A DNA stretch of 64,000 bases from Stegostoma tigrinum. Lineage: Eukaryota. Below, in pieces: positions 13,833 to 24,980 of the stretch. The stretch lies in the NCBI RefSeq assembly GCF_030684315.1, contig NC_081360.1, forward strand, positions 79,845,780 to 79,909,779. The letters run 5' to 3'. The position numbers were made by a program, and so were the translations under genes. Below the pieces are notes generated by a model. It worked only from the letters and a program-made list of their open reading frames with translations. It made no database searches and was not told the DNA's origin. Numbering within the stretch: the first letter of the stretch is position 1; the number at the start of each line of letters is the position of its first letter.

Positions 13833-14045
13833 TGGAAAGGAAATTTGTGACCATTGTAGAAGATTATTTCAGTTGTTAAAAATTTTGTTTTGCAGTATCA
13901 TTTCTGAACTTGTATTTGACTGTTTATAATAATATCTCAAGACTTCACACTGGTTTAGCAGAAACATACCCATTATAATCTTTTCTATTGATTTTCTGTA
14001 AATGTCTCCAAATGTTTACTTTTATTGATCAAGCTTCTAATACTA

Positions 14046-14606
14046 GGGTTTGGATTTTTCTGGATCCAACATAATAACTTGGATATGGAGAGATAGAGTA
14101 ATAATGGGGAGCTGTGTCAGGGTGCCACCTCAATGCACTACCATTCTGTAGATGTTTCCCACTGGAGGGCAAGGCCTGCCTCGGAGGTGATTTTACGTAT
14201 TAGTGGTGTTCACGTTGGAGTATTTCAACAAGATATCAAAGTCCATGGCTCTCTCCCTCCAAAGAAAGCCATCATCAGGAAGTGCTTCATTTTGTTCAAA
14301 GGGTAACACTGGCTTGGTCCAGCTAAAATATTTAAGCATTTGTGTGCATCTAAGGACACCTCCAATTGAGGAACCCTCTCCATCTCCTACACACCTCAGC
14401 AGTTTCCAAATCTCCCTTTGAGGCTGCCAAGGTTTCTGAGCCATTGACCTTCTGATCGAGCTAGCAGCATTAAAAATCTGCCTACCATCCTTGACTGGGT
14501 GTCAAGGAAGGAGATTGCCAATTTGAAAGCCATTTCCAGGCATAGCTCTGTGCTAATCTCAGTCCGGCCACGCTAAGGTTCCAAATTCTGCAGGAAAATT
14601 CAACCC
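14046..14606. mobile_element. Putative non-autonomous TIR element (MITE-like)
   Basis: Imperfect terminal inverted repeats gggtttggatttttc / gaaaattcaaccc around a more GC-rich interior. Confidence 0.4.
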
Positions 14607-17600
14607 AAAGGATCAGACACATGATCGTTTCTGCACTTCTCCCTGGATATGTTTTCTTTCTGCTAAAACTAGATAGTACTCTATGTACAGGACTTACAGA
14701 GCTTTAGGGTGTTAATCTCAGAGTTAGAGCTCTTCTGATTTGGTGATACTGCTTCATATTCTATTTGTTGCATTTATTGCTGCTAAATGCTCACTAGGCA
14801 TGGTTCAGGTAGAATTTAAACGTTATTCTTATTATTCCTTTCAAGTTACCAGGCTGAATTTATGTGGCATGCATGTTGGTTTACATTGTAGCAGATGCAG
14901 GATGACTTTGGCCTGTAGAATCAACTCTGCCCTCCCTTCATTCAATAAATCATAATCTTCTGTATGGCCAGCAGAAATCAACACTCCAACTGCTCTTCAG
15001 AGTGATTACAGCAAAGCAATACCTTCCTGCATGCATGTGCAGTGTTATTTCTAATTGTCACATGTAGGTAACAACCAATTCTAAGTTGATGCCTGACTTA
15101 AAGCAAGCAATCCCAAAGAATGAACTATATACACTTCCCTCCATGCAGGAAATTTTCCTACAATCCCCTTTTTTTATTGCTGTTGCCACTAAATACAGTC
15201 AATTCCCTGCCACGTGTTGACTTCAGACTGCAGTACAATTTAGAAGTCTGTGCATTTTTAAGCAATATTCATAACCTTGAAATTATGTGATAGAATGTTT
15301 AACTTATAAACAAATAGCTAATTTATCCTCTGCAATATCCGAGGCGTTAATCAAACTCAAGACCATTTCTGTGCTTCTTCGTGAATCTGCGGTGACAAAC
15401 AAAACAGTATTCAAAGTATATTCTGACCAGATTACCACATAGCTTTGAATGTGATCATCTCAGACTTGGATAATTTAATATCGCTTTTCAAGAGCTTTCA
15501 AAAGAATTTTACTACAAGGCATTAAACTTTGAGATGCTAATGTCACAAAGCATAATTTCAAGGACTGGGTTTGAGCCAAATGAATTCTGTGAGTTTCTGT
15601 CTCATTTCTTTATGTTGAACAGCAATAACTTATACTTAGTTGAGTGAATTATTAAATCAAACCAGGTGATTCACTAATATTTTTGCAGCAAATAAAAATA
15701 ACAGTGTGAAAGTACATTTTCTTCATGTAATAATAACACCTCTATCATGATTCCTTCTGTCTTTATACTATTATAGTGGACTTAACTGGTCTGCCAATGA
15801 AACTCAAGAGGATAGTTTTTAAAAGCTGCTGTACAATGCTTTTTGTGTCAATTCAATATTACATAAAATGGTACTCTTATTTTGACACAATACATTTGAT
15901 TATTTGCTTCTTACTTTAACATATTAGTTCTGAAATATGCCAGTACATTTTGGACGTTTCAATGTTGAGTATGCACCAGTTTTATTCAACTACTGGAATT
16001 CATTTCAATTTTATAATTAATGTATCAATATTTCACTTTGCAAGTACCCTGACTATGATTGGTCTTTATAAGGCATTAAGTTATCATGACTTCCAAAAAT
16101 GTGTTATCCCTTTATGCTGTCCCTTTAATACAATGTCAGAATTGCCATTGAGAAAGAAATTACGTTTAAGCATCCACATGTGAGTTCAGTAATATGTTTT
16201 TCAGGAAACTTGGAATACACTTCTTTCCATTTACTCCAGACAAATTATCTGATATGGTCCCTCTGTTGCCTTGAGGTTACCATGTGAATAAGTGGTGCTC
16301 TTGTTGACAATAGTAGCGCTGGAAAGTTGCAGCAAACAAGATAAGAGGGCAACATAAATCATGATTAAGGAGGACAAAAACCTGCTTTCAGTCAAGCAGT
16401 AATTCATTTACAACCAGAATGGATATGACTTATCCACTCATTTTATGAGCTGAGGAATGCAGTGGTCTTGTGATTCTTTGGGTTATGGCAGCTGACATCA
16501 CCAACTTTGCACGCACTAGAATTCTGACATTGGGGCAACTTGTTTTTTTGTGGTTCATTCCTCATAGAGAGAGAATTGTATTCCTTGCCTTGTACTGTTA
16601 AATAATACCTTTTTCTTCCAAGCAGCTGCTTTATGAAGTGGAGAAAATGCCACTTTAGCTAATGATGAATGATGCTTGACCTCAGACCTGTGGCGCTGAA
16701 TTTCATGCAATGCTAAATTAACATGAAAAGCCCAATACGTGCTATTTCCATTATGCATGCAGTAAAATAGAATCCTGTTTTGCCATCCGATAGTACTAAA
16801 CTCTGTTCATTTCATTTACTGCTCGAGGTAATGCGCTGGAAAGCTGCAATACAGTAGGTCATGCACTAGATTTCTATTCAGTCACTGAGTGATAAGTATA
16901 TTTTTCCTATAGTGATGTTTATAGTAACATCTCCCTTTCAAAAAAGAACCTGTTGCTGTTTGGAACATTCTGAATTGGGCAACTTGCCCCACGCCTGACA
17001 TCTTTTTTGCTGCCCATGAAAAATGATGAATTATACAAAGCAACAATACCTCAAGGTGCCAGCATTATTGTAATCTGTATTCCAATAGCCAGGATTATAA
17101 TCGCTTACTAATTGATTTGCTGGTTCCCTCTTATATTGAATAGAATGATTATTTTATCCCTTGATTACTCCGTGCTTTCTGTTGTCAATTGTGTAGCAGG
17201 AAAAAATGAAGAATTTAAAGGACCGTGAAAGGAAGCTAAGACCTCTATTTTCAATAGACTGTGAAAAACAAGTACCTCTTATGTTGTAAAACAGAACTGT
17301 AACACATAAATATCTATTTGGAGAGCTGTGTGACCCTCCAAAATAATATTTTAAAACCTAAATTTAAGCCAGAAATGAATTTGGTTTCCTTTACTGTAAT
17401 ATTATGTAATCATATTAGCCTAAACCATAGCAGAGGAGAATGACACCCAGGACATCATGACTATTTGTAGATTCTGTATTTCCCTTAATCTAGTGGTTTG
17501 ACACATATCAACATAATTTATTGAGTACTCTGTTTTACAAATGCATTGTAAATGGTTTCATTTATCAGGCTGTTCAAGATGCCCAGCCCATCAAAATCAG

Positions 17601-17911
17601 CAATTTTTTGAATGTACAGAAGTAAATTTATTGAAAAGAAAATCCAAAAATCTGATCTTAAACAACTCCATTGTATTTCTAGATCCTGAAGTCAAAATCA
17701 GAAAAATCCTTGATTATTGATACTAGGAGCTGTCTAACCTCACCTCACAGACTGTAGACTATATCAATCAACGGCATATGAACGTATGTTAATGCTATCA
17801 CCCTGTTTGGCCATTACTGGCACCTCATGGTATCCACTACCTCTGCCAGTTTGTAGTTCAGTGGAAAAATTTTTTGAGTTAGTTTGCTACCACAATCATC
17901 CTTTGCCTGTC

Positions 17912-18128
17912 AGAGATAAGGTGAACTGCAGATGCTGGAGAATCCAAGATAACAAAGTGTGAAGCTGAATGAACACAGCAGGCCAAGCAGCACCCCAGGA
18001 GCACAAAAGCTGACGTTTCGGGCCTAGACCCTTTATCTGATGAAGGGTCTAGGCCCGAAACGTCAGCTTTTGTGCTCCTGAGATGCTGCTTGGCCTGCTA
18101 TGTTCATCCAGCTTCACACTTTGTTATC
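17912..18128 (-). mobile_element. PLE-terminus asymmetric palindrome (tail on the left)
   Basis: Inverted arms meet at ccctttat|ctgatgaag; TSD (atc)ctttgcctgt at 17898-17910 / 18126-18138. Confidence 0.9.
18036..18066 (+). ncRNA. Minimal hammerhead ribozyme motif (best-preserved copy)
   Basis: CTGATGA-A-[GGGTC-TA-GGCCC]-GAAA-CG-TC^AG: conserved core boxes, stem II, and a palindromic ACGT in place of stem III. Stem I is very short. Activity not shown. Confidence 0.7.
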
Positions 18129-18169
18129 CTTTGCCTGTACTTTGTCCAAGGTCTATCACATGATTCTGG

Positions 18170-21100
18170 TAGAGGACACACCACTGCAGACTCTTACATA
18201 TGAGGCACTCTTCCTATTTAACAAGGTGATTCATTGGATGATAGCATTAAATACAAACAGGTTACAAGTCAGACACAATTACTTGGACTCTCAAGAGCTC
18301 TACAGAATGCACTGCTTCCTGTGCAGGCTCACATAGAATGCTTCATCTCCACGCAAAGACTATATGTGCCATCATTAGAAGGGGTGGAGCTCAATGCATC
18401 AAAAATTAACTCCTTCAGAAATATTACCTTACCCAACATGTTCCCAAGCTGTTTTCCCATAGTAAGCCATTATACTCTATATATAACAATATTGCATTTT
18501 TTATTCCCATTTTTCCCTCCTGAGTCTCTGACTTCTCAAATGCAGGAAGTACAATGTTTTGCAGAATGCATTCTCTTCAGGTGTGGAAGAATTGTAGCTC
18601 TTCACTTGAGGGCTGATGACCTGGGTTTTGCTTTGTGGACAATTTGTGGATGATGTTTTCCCTCTTAATTAGCCTTCATGGAGGATATAATTCCTTGTAG
18701 ATCTTGTTGTTGGTCCACTAAATCGTCTGCAGCAACCTTAATCTCCTGAATATCCTTTCTTTGCTTAGTTACCCCAAAACAACATCTGGGGCACCTTGTT
18801 CACCAAGGAAGACAGCTGGTCTGCTGAAACAAGTACTTTTTCACTTGCAGTAGCCTAGATTTCTGTAAGGCAATACCTTCCTAATTTAAAGAGATAGTCT
18901 TTCTAATTTGCAGTATCCTGGATCCTTACGCCAGACAGTTTCATCTTGATCATGTCCTGAACCTATGGATTTCAGTCTGTCTCCTGTGGAGTTGCACACA
19001 ACTTATCTCCGTCACGTGTGTGTTCACCTTTGTGCTTATTTGACTAATAAAGTGGACATTTTCAAAGTGTCAATTATACTATTGAAAGATTAATGCTCAT
19101 TCATTACTATCAAATCAGTTTATTCACCAGGCTGAGATAATTGGAACTGCAGATGCTGGAGAATCCAAGATAACAAAGTGTGGAGCTGGGTGAACACAGC
19201 AGGCGAAGCAGCATCTTAGGAGCAGGAAAGCTGATGTTTCGGGCCTAGACCCTTCATCATCTTTCTGATGAAGGGCCTAGGCCCAAAATGTCAGTTTTCC
19301 TGCTCCTAAGATGCCGCTTGGCCTGCTGTGTTCACCAGACTGTTCTGCTGTATGAAGAATTGCAGTTAAGGAATCCTGAATGAGCTCAAGTGGATTGTAC
19401 TGTTCATCTTTGTCCTCAACATTTCATTCTTCCCACAAACTTTGTAGAGTTTCCCAATTTGTTTTCTGTGGTAACTGGTATGTCTCCAAATCTAACAAAC
19501 CTGTGTCATTGTAGATTTTACAATGAGCAAGAGTTTAAATCTCTTCTGAATCTTTGGCAAACAGACTGCTGACTGAGGCCTGGCAATGTCAAAGTGACTC
19601 CAGTACACTCCTTCCTCTGCATCTCCCTAGAGGAAACCAGGGGCAGCTAATCTTCTTTCATATACTAGTAAATTGTCTGTGATTTTAAAATGGTATCAGT
19701 GCTCCAAGTCAGTGTTCTCAGTCAATTCCCTGACTTTCCATCTGGCCATCTTTCAATGTAATAATGGTATCTGATAGCATAACATGTTCTTGGTCACCCT
19801 TTTGTTCTTGTTGAATATGATTGAACCTCTCCTAGCTTGCTGGATACTGTTTCTTCTTGGCTGTGTGAATCATTTTTATACATTGTAGACGATCACAACA
19901 AATTGTTTCTTCTTTTTGTGTGTTGCCATACGCCTCGGAGCCCCAATTAAATTGAACTCCAATGCTGTTTTAGCTTCAATTACTGTGGAGATTGTTTGAC
20001 TTCATAGGTATGTTCTTTATTCCTTAGTTTTTTCACACTCTCTATTGTCGTAATATTGTGTTAAGCTCTCTAAAAAGCCCTTAATTCTATTAATTTCTTT
20101 TTTGTCATGCTTTACTGTTTTTAACACATGAAGTGTATTTCTTTGTAACGCTCTATCTCTGCACAGTATACTGTGTTCTCATGCCTTTGTTAATGATTGA
20201 AATGATAGTTGCCTGCATTTTCCCAGGTTTTCCCACCTTTTATAACCATGATGGCATTTTCCAGTTTCTTCTCAGACAAAACAAAGGTTTTGCTGCCTTT
20301 CATACTCTAAAAAACCAAACATTTTCTTCTGCATAAATTTTTAAATAAGATTTTCTGGCTGTTGTTCTAATAAATTTTCTTGTTAAAATCGCAGTTTTAA
20401 TATCAAACCTGCTTTTAAATCACCAGTTCCTTCTGACATTTCTTCCGCCGCTGGACTCCATCTCCAGGTTTCTCTAAATTTGCTCTTTTTGATTGTAAAT
20501 AAATTCTTAGGCCTCCCTGATTCTGTAACCCCAAGTCTGGTTTCTGGTTAATTCACTGTGTCTTGCAACAGTGCTTTATGGAGCTTGATCTCAATGGTAG
20601 TGATTCTAATTGTGAGAAATGAGAACTTTCTTTTTTTTCATTCCCTTGCCATTCCTTTTTCATCATTGTGCCGTTTTCAAAAGTTTTTCCTTTTCTTTTA
20701 GATACATCCAATCATACGCCTAGAGCCTCTCTTGAATCCTACACAGCATCCTTCACTGTTTTTTCTGAGTGTGGCTGGATTTTGTGTCTTTCATGAGCCC
20801 ACACTATTATCCCTCCACCGCTTACAAGCTTCTTGATGAACGTTTGTCTTTGATTTCAAACTTACCCTGTGCAGCTTCTACAGCTGCTGCAATTTGTCTC
20901 TGTCATTATTTATGTTTCATCTGCAGCTGACTGACTAAATTCTTAAAGTAATAATGCTCTTAAAATGGTCAACTCACCTGTCTTCAAAATTTATTTTTTC
21001 CCAAATGGTCTTCCCACAGTGGTTGGAGTATCTGCCAGAAATTCAAGGTGCACACCATATGATATTACCCTGATTGCCACAACTGGTAGCTTGTGGTAGC

Positions 21101-21306
21101 TGCCACCTCTGCTCTAATGTGGTTGATTAAAAGGTTTGTGTTGTTTGGTCGCTACCAGTCTTGCTTTATTACACATACTTCATCTAGAACCTATCTCATG
21201 GTCGCTCGAGGAGGACATATCATCACTGAGTTTTTACAAAACAGTTACTGTTCTTAGTTACCAGTATGGTTTCTAGTACAGTACTAATACGTACAATGAC
21301 ATTACA
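18170..21306 (-). mobile_element. Possible highly decayed Gypsy-type LTR retrotransposon
   Basis: On the minus strand: TGTAAT-starting LTR-like segment with AATAAA (21059-21306), then TGGTGT PBS-like sequence (21051-21057), then faint gag (HERHK), protease-like and RT-like remnants in the expected order. No clear second LTR. Confidence 0.35.
19134..19338 (-). mobile_element. PLE-terminus asymmetric palindrome, inverted arm truncated
   Basis: Arms meet at cttcatca-tcttt-ctgatgaag; TSD ttcaccaggctg (19123-19134) / ttcaccagactg (19331-19342). Confidence 0.9.
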
Positions 21307-21479
21307 AGTCAGTAACAATTACCCTCATCACTCAAGTTGTACATAATATATTTGTTTCTTTTGGAGGTTAGTGTAGAATTCCTCATGTCCAACTAATGTT
21401 CTGTGTGAGATCACCAAAGGGGACTGACTTAAGGTGATAAGAGCATTAATTCCTTCAGAAACTTATACTATGGATAGAA

Positions 21480-21693
21480 GAGATAGTAGGAACTGCCGAT
21501 GCTGGAGAATCTAAGATAACAAGGTGTGGAGCTAGGTGAATACAGCAGGCCAAGCAGCATCAGAGGAGCAGGAAGGCTAATGTTTTGGACCTAGACCCTT
21601 CTTCAGAAAGTGAAGAAGGGCCTAGGCCCAAAACATCAGCCTTCCTGCTCCTCTGATGCTGCTTGGCCTGCAGTGTTCATCCAGCTCTATACT
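21480..21693 (-). mobile_element. PLE-terminus asymmetric palindrome, CTGAAGA-core subfamily
   Basis: cttcttcag-aaag-tgaagaaggg centre; TSD tactatggatagaag / taccatagatagaag. Confidence 0.85.
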
Positions 21694-21769
21694 CTACCAT
21701 AGATAGAAGTTGTTATTTCAAAAACTGCATATAACCATCTACAGCTAAGAATAAACATTTGAAAAAACA

Positions 21770-22010
21770 CAGATTTCACAGATGACACAAAATTCAGAAC
21801 TGCACTACCCAAGGATAAGAACAGCAACAGGGTTCAGGAAACATGCTCTAACTGGTGAACTGAGCAAAGGTGTATGTAATTTAATTCTGAGAAGCGTGAA
21901 GTGATGCATTTTGTTAAAAAAGATGAGAATAGGCAATATAAAAAATGTGGGATAATGTTAAAGAGGTGCAGGAGCATAGAACCCTGGGGATAGAGAAATC
22001 TTTGAGAATG
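21770..22010 (+). mobile_element. CR1-type LINE RT fragment
   Basis: ttcacagatgacacaaaa (F.DDTK) and gagaagcgtgaagtgatgcatttt (KCEVMHF-like). Confidence 0.7.
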
Positions 22011-22376
22011 CAGGACATGACAGCAAAGGTTCCTCAGGACAGTGTCCAAGGTCCAACCACCTTCAACTAATTCATCAAAGACTTTTCTTCCATCGTAATG
22101 TTCAAAGCAAGGATGTTTGCTGATGGTTTTTTCCATTCATTTGAGGATGTAAGCATTGATGGCTGGACCAGCATTTATTGCCCAACCATAGATTCCGTTG
22201 AGCCAGTCATGGTCACCTTCTTCCTTGAACAGTTGGTTCATCTGGTGTAGGTAGCGCATAGTGCTTTTAGGGAGGCAGATCCAGGATTTAGATCCTGGAT
22301 CGTCAATATATTTCTAAGTCAGAATGATGAGACGATTGGAGGAGAGCTTGCATGCAGTAGAGTAATCACTTGTCTG

Positions 22377-22498
22377 AGATAACAAAGTGTGGAGCTGGAT
22401 AAATACAGCAGGCCAAGCAGCATCTTGGCCTGTTGTGTCCATCCAGCTCCACACTTTGTTATCTCGGATTCTCTGGCATCTGCAGTTCCCATTATCGC
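22377..22498 (+). mobile_element. Short PLE-terminus asymmetric palindrome lacking the hammerhead motif
   Basis: Fold-back at gcagcat|cttggcc; tail on the right; TSD taatcacttgtctg (22363-22376) / taatcacatgtctg (22499-22512). Confidence 0.9.
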
Positions 22499-22611
22499 TA
22501 ATCACATGTCTGCTGTTTTTGACCTTCTATACAGCAGTGGTCATGAGTTTGGAAGGTGCTGTCTAAGATGAATTTCTGCAGTGCACTATGCAGACAGTAC
22601 ACACTGCTGCT

Positions 22612-22900
22612 CATCCCACCTCCTTGACCTGTCCGTCTTCCCTGGATTGACCTATCCCCTCCCTACCTCCCTACCTATACTCTCCTCTCCACCTATCTTC
22701 TTTTCTCTCCATCTTCGGTCCGCTTCCCCCTCTCTCCCTATTTATTCCAGAACCCTCACCCCATCCCCCTCTCTGATGAAGGGTCTATGCCCAAAACGTC
22801 AGCTTTTGTGCTCCTGAGATGCTGCTTGGCCTGCTGTGTTCATCCAGCCTCACATTTTATTACCTTGGATTCTCCAGCATCTGCAGTTCCCATTATCACT
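22612..22900 (+). mobile_element. 5'-truncated PLE 3' end (pyrimidine-rich UTR, hammerhead motif, tail)
   Basis: Colinear with 51071-51350; perfect TSD cacactgctgct at 22600-22611 / 22901-22912. Confidence 0.92.
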
Positions 22901-23079
22901 CACACTGCTGCTGCTAACTGTTTTTGGTGGAGGGAGTGGATGTTTGTGTATCAAGTGAGCTAGTTTATCGTGGATTTCATCAAGCTTCTTGACTGTTGTT
23001 GGAGCAGGACTCCTTCAGAAATTGGAGACTATTTCACTTATTAATGATAGACCCCAGTCATGCTAATGCATTGCATGTT

Positions 23080-23695
23080 GATCAACACCATTTGCAATAA
23101 CTCAGATCCTGATGCAATCCGTATTCAAATGCAGCAGGAATTAGACAACATCGCAGCTTGGGCTGCCATGTGATAAATAGCATTCATGCCATGCAGCTGT
23201 TAAGCAATAATCACCTCAAACAAAGAAGAATATAACCAGCATCTTGCCATTCAATGGCCTACTAACAACATCCTGAAAATTGGTTTTGTATGGAATCTGA
23301 ATTATACCACCCACAAGAACTGTGTCTACAAAAACAGATCAGATTTTGAAAATTCTGTAATGAGTAACTTGCCTCCTAACTCCCCACAACCTGTGCAACA
23401 TCTGCAAGGCACATCTTGGAGTATGATGGAATAATTCCCACTTGTCTGGATGAATGCAGCATGAGTGTCAAGAAGCTCAACATCATCCAGAACAAAGCAG
23501 CCTGCTTGACTGTTATGGCATCAACATCCCTCCCTCACCACCAACAGTGTGCCCCATAATCAGAACTTCAAAAATGTACTTCAAAAACACATCCAGGCTC
23601 TTTAGACAGTACCTTCCAAATCAGTGACCTCTATCACACAAAAAGACAAGGACAGTGGATACATGGTAACAACCAACACTGCAAGTGTCCCTTCA
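23080..23695 (+). mobile_element. CR1/L2-group LINE (second family) fragment
   Basis: atgcagcaggaattagacaacatcgcagcttgggctg; aagctcaacatcatccagaacaaagcagcctgcttga. Confidence 0.7.
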
Positions 23696-23729
23696 CTCAG
23701 CTGAGCTTTTCTAGCAACTTCTGTTTTCA

Positions 23730-24980
23730 GTACAAAGCAACAAAGTTATGCAAATCCTCTATAAAACCACGATTGAGCTCCCACTGGATACATTCAGTTC
23801 AGAGCACATCCTGACCACACTTTAGAAATGATGCCAAGGACTTGGAGAAGTTACAGGAGCGATTTACTAGTATGGTACCAGCTATGGATAGGATAACACT
23901 CATCCCTGACTTTCCAGGACAGTTCCATTGTTTGGCTTTTGTTCCCATTTCCTGGGTCAGGCCTTTCTTTTTCACTGTATTGATTGACTGTTTGTACATG
24001 CAGATGCCAGGAGTAGCAGTCGCTTGCTGTCAATTTGACTGTTGGTATCCCCGTGCATTTGAAATCCATTCCTGAAGGCAGCGACACCATTTTTAGTGCT
24101 TGTAGGCATGTTCCCACCCCCCCCAGACCTTCCTTGCTCTGAATCAAGTGGTGCCCCACCACCCACTCGTTGGCTCCCAACGACCTCAAGGCTGCACACA
24201 CTCTGACCCCTTTATATTAAGTACACCATCCCATCCTCCAGACTCGTCAAGTGTCCACCATAACCCACCACACCAAAGTGACCCTTCCCGTTTCTTCAAA
24301 TAAAGTTGGCCGTCATGAGGACAAGGGTACGTAGTCAAACTGGGGATTGCACTCGGAATAGGGCTTCACTAAAACGAATGAGTTGCTTTGAATGACAAAT
24401 GGCAGCAGGGTTGGTATTTCAGAGGGCACAGATTCAAGGCAATTAACAACAAAACTGGGATAATATGATGAGATATTTTCTTTACGTAGTGAATTCCTTT
24501 CTTTTTCTGGCAATCTCTGCAGCGAGGGGGATACTTCCCATGTACAGCCAATGACAAGAAGCTTTTAATGTGGAAGGGCTGTTGTGCTGCTTTTGATGCA
24601 TGTTGGATTCCAACTGACTAGTGCTCCACAAGACTGTCATTGGCCTATTGGAAAGATTTGTCTGTGGACCATCAACCTATTTGGCCTCACTGTTAGCACA
24701 GCTTCCAATATCCACAAATCCCAGAGAAGGACTTCCTACTATACCTCTGATGAGGTACAGTGGGGAATGAGCCTCCAGTAAAGTGAGTTAATACAACAAA
24801 GAAAGCTTTGCTTAAACGAGTGGTGAGAGCATATTCAGTGGCAATATTCAAAAAAAGAATTTGATGAGTAAACGAAGGGGGAAAACATTGCAAGGCTACG
24901 GGGAATGAACAGTGATCTGAACTTAATTAGAGATCTTTACTGAAACGGCAGTGCGGACTTGATTGGCTTTGTGTTGTTTG
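23730..24980 (+). mobile_element. Fragmented CR1-type LINE 3' part (continuation of 21770-22010), interrupted by insertions
   Basis: ttggagaagttacaggagcgatttactagtatggtacca (LE.VQ.RFT.M.P), agagggcacagattcaagg, ttcaaaaaaagaatttgat. Confidence 0.55.
23889..24316. mobile_element. Possible hAT-Blackjack-like MITE inserted in CR1
   Basis: GC-richer insert interrupting CR1; left end taggataacactcatccctgactttccaggacag and right end agttggccgtcat loosely resemble TAGGGTGACCAACT-type TIRs. Confidence 0.3.

Larger units (their letters stand above)
22125..23060 (-). mobile_element. CR1/L2-group LINE (second family) 3' part with two PLE insertions
   Basis: Reverse-complement tail ccagcatttattgccca at about 22168; body matches 38390-38820. 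Confidence 0.75.
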
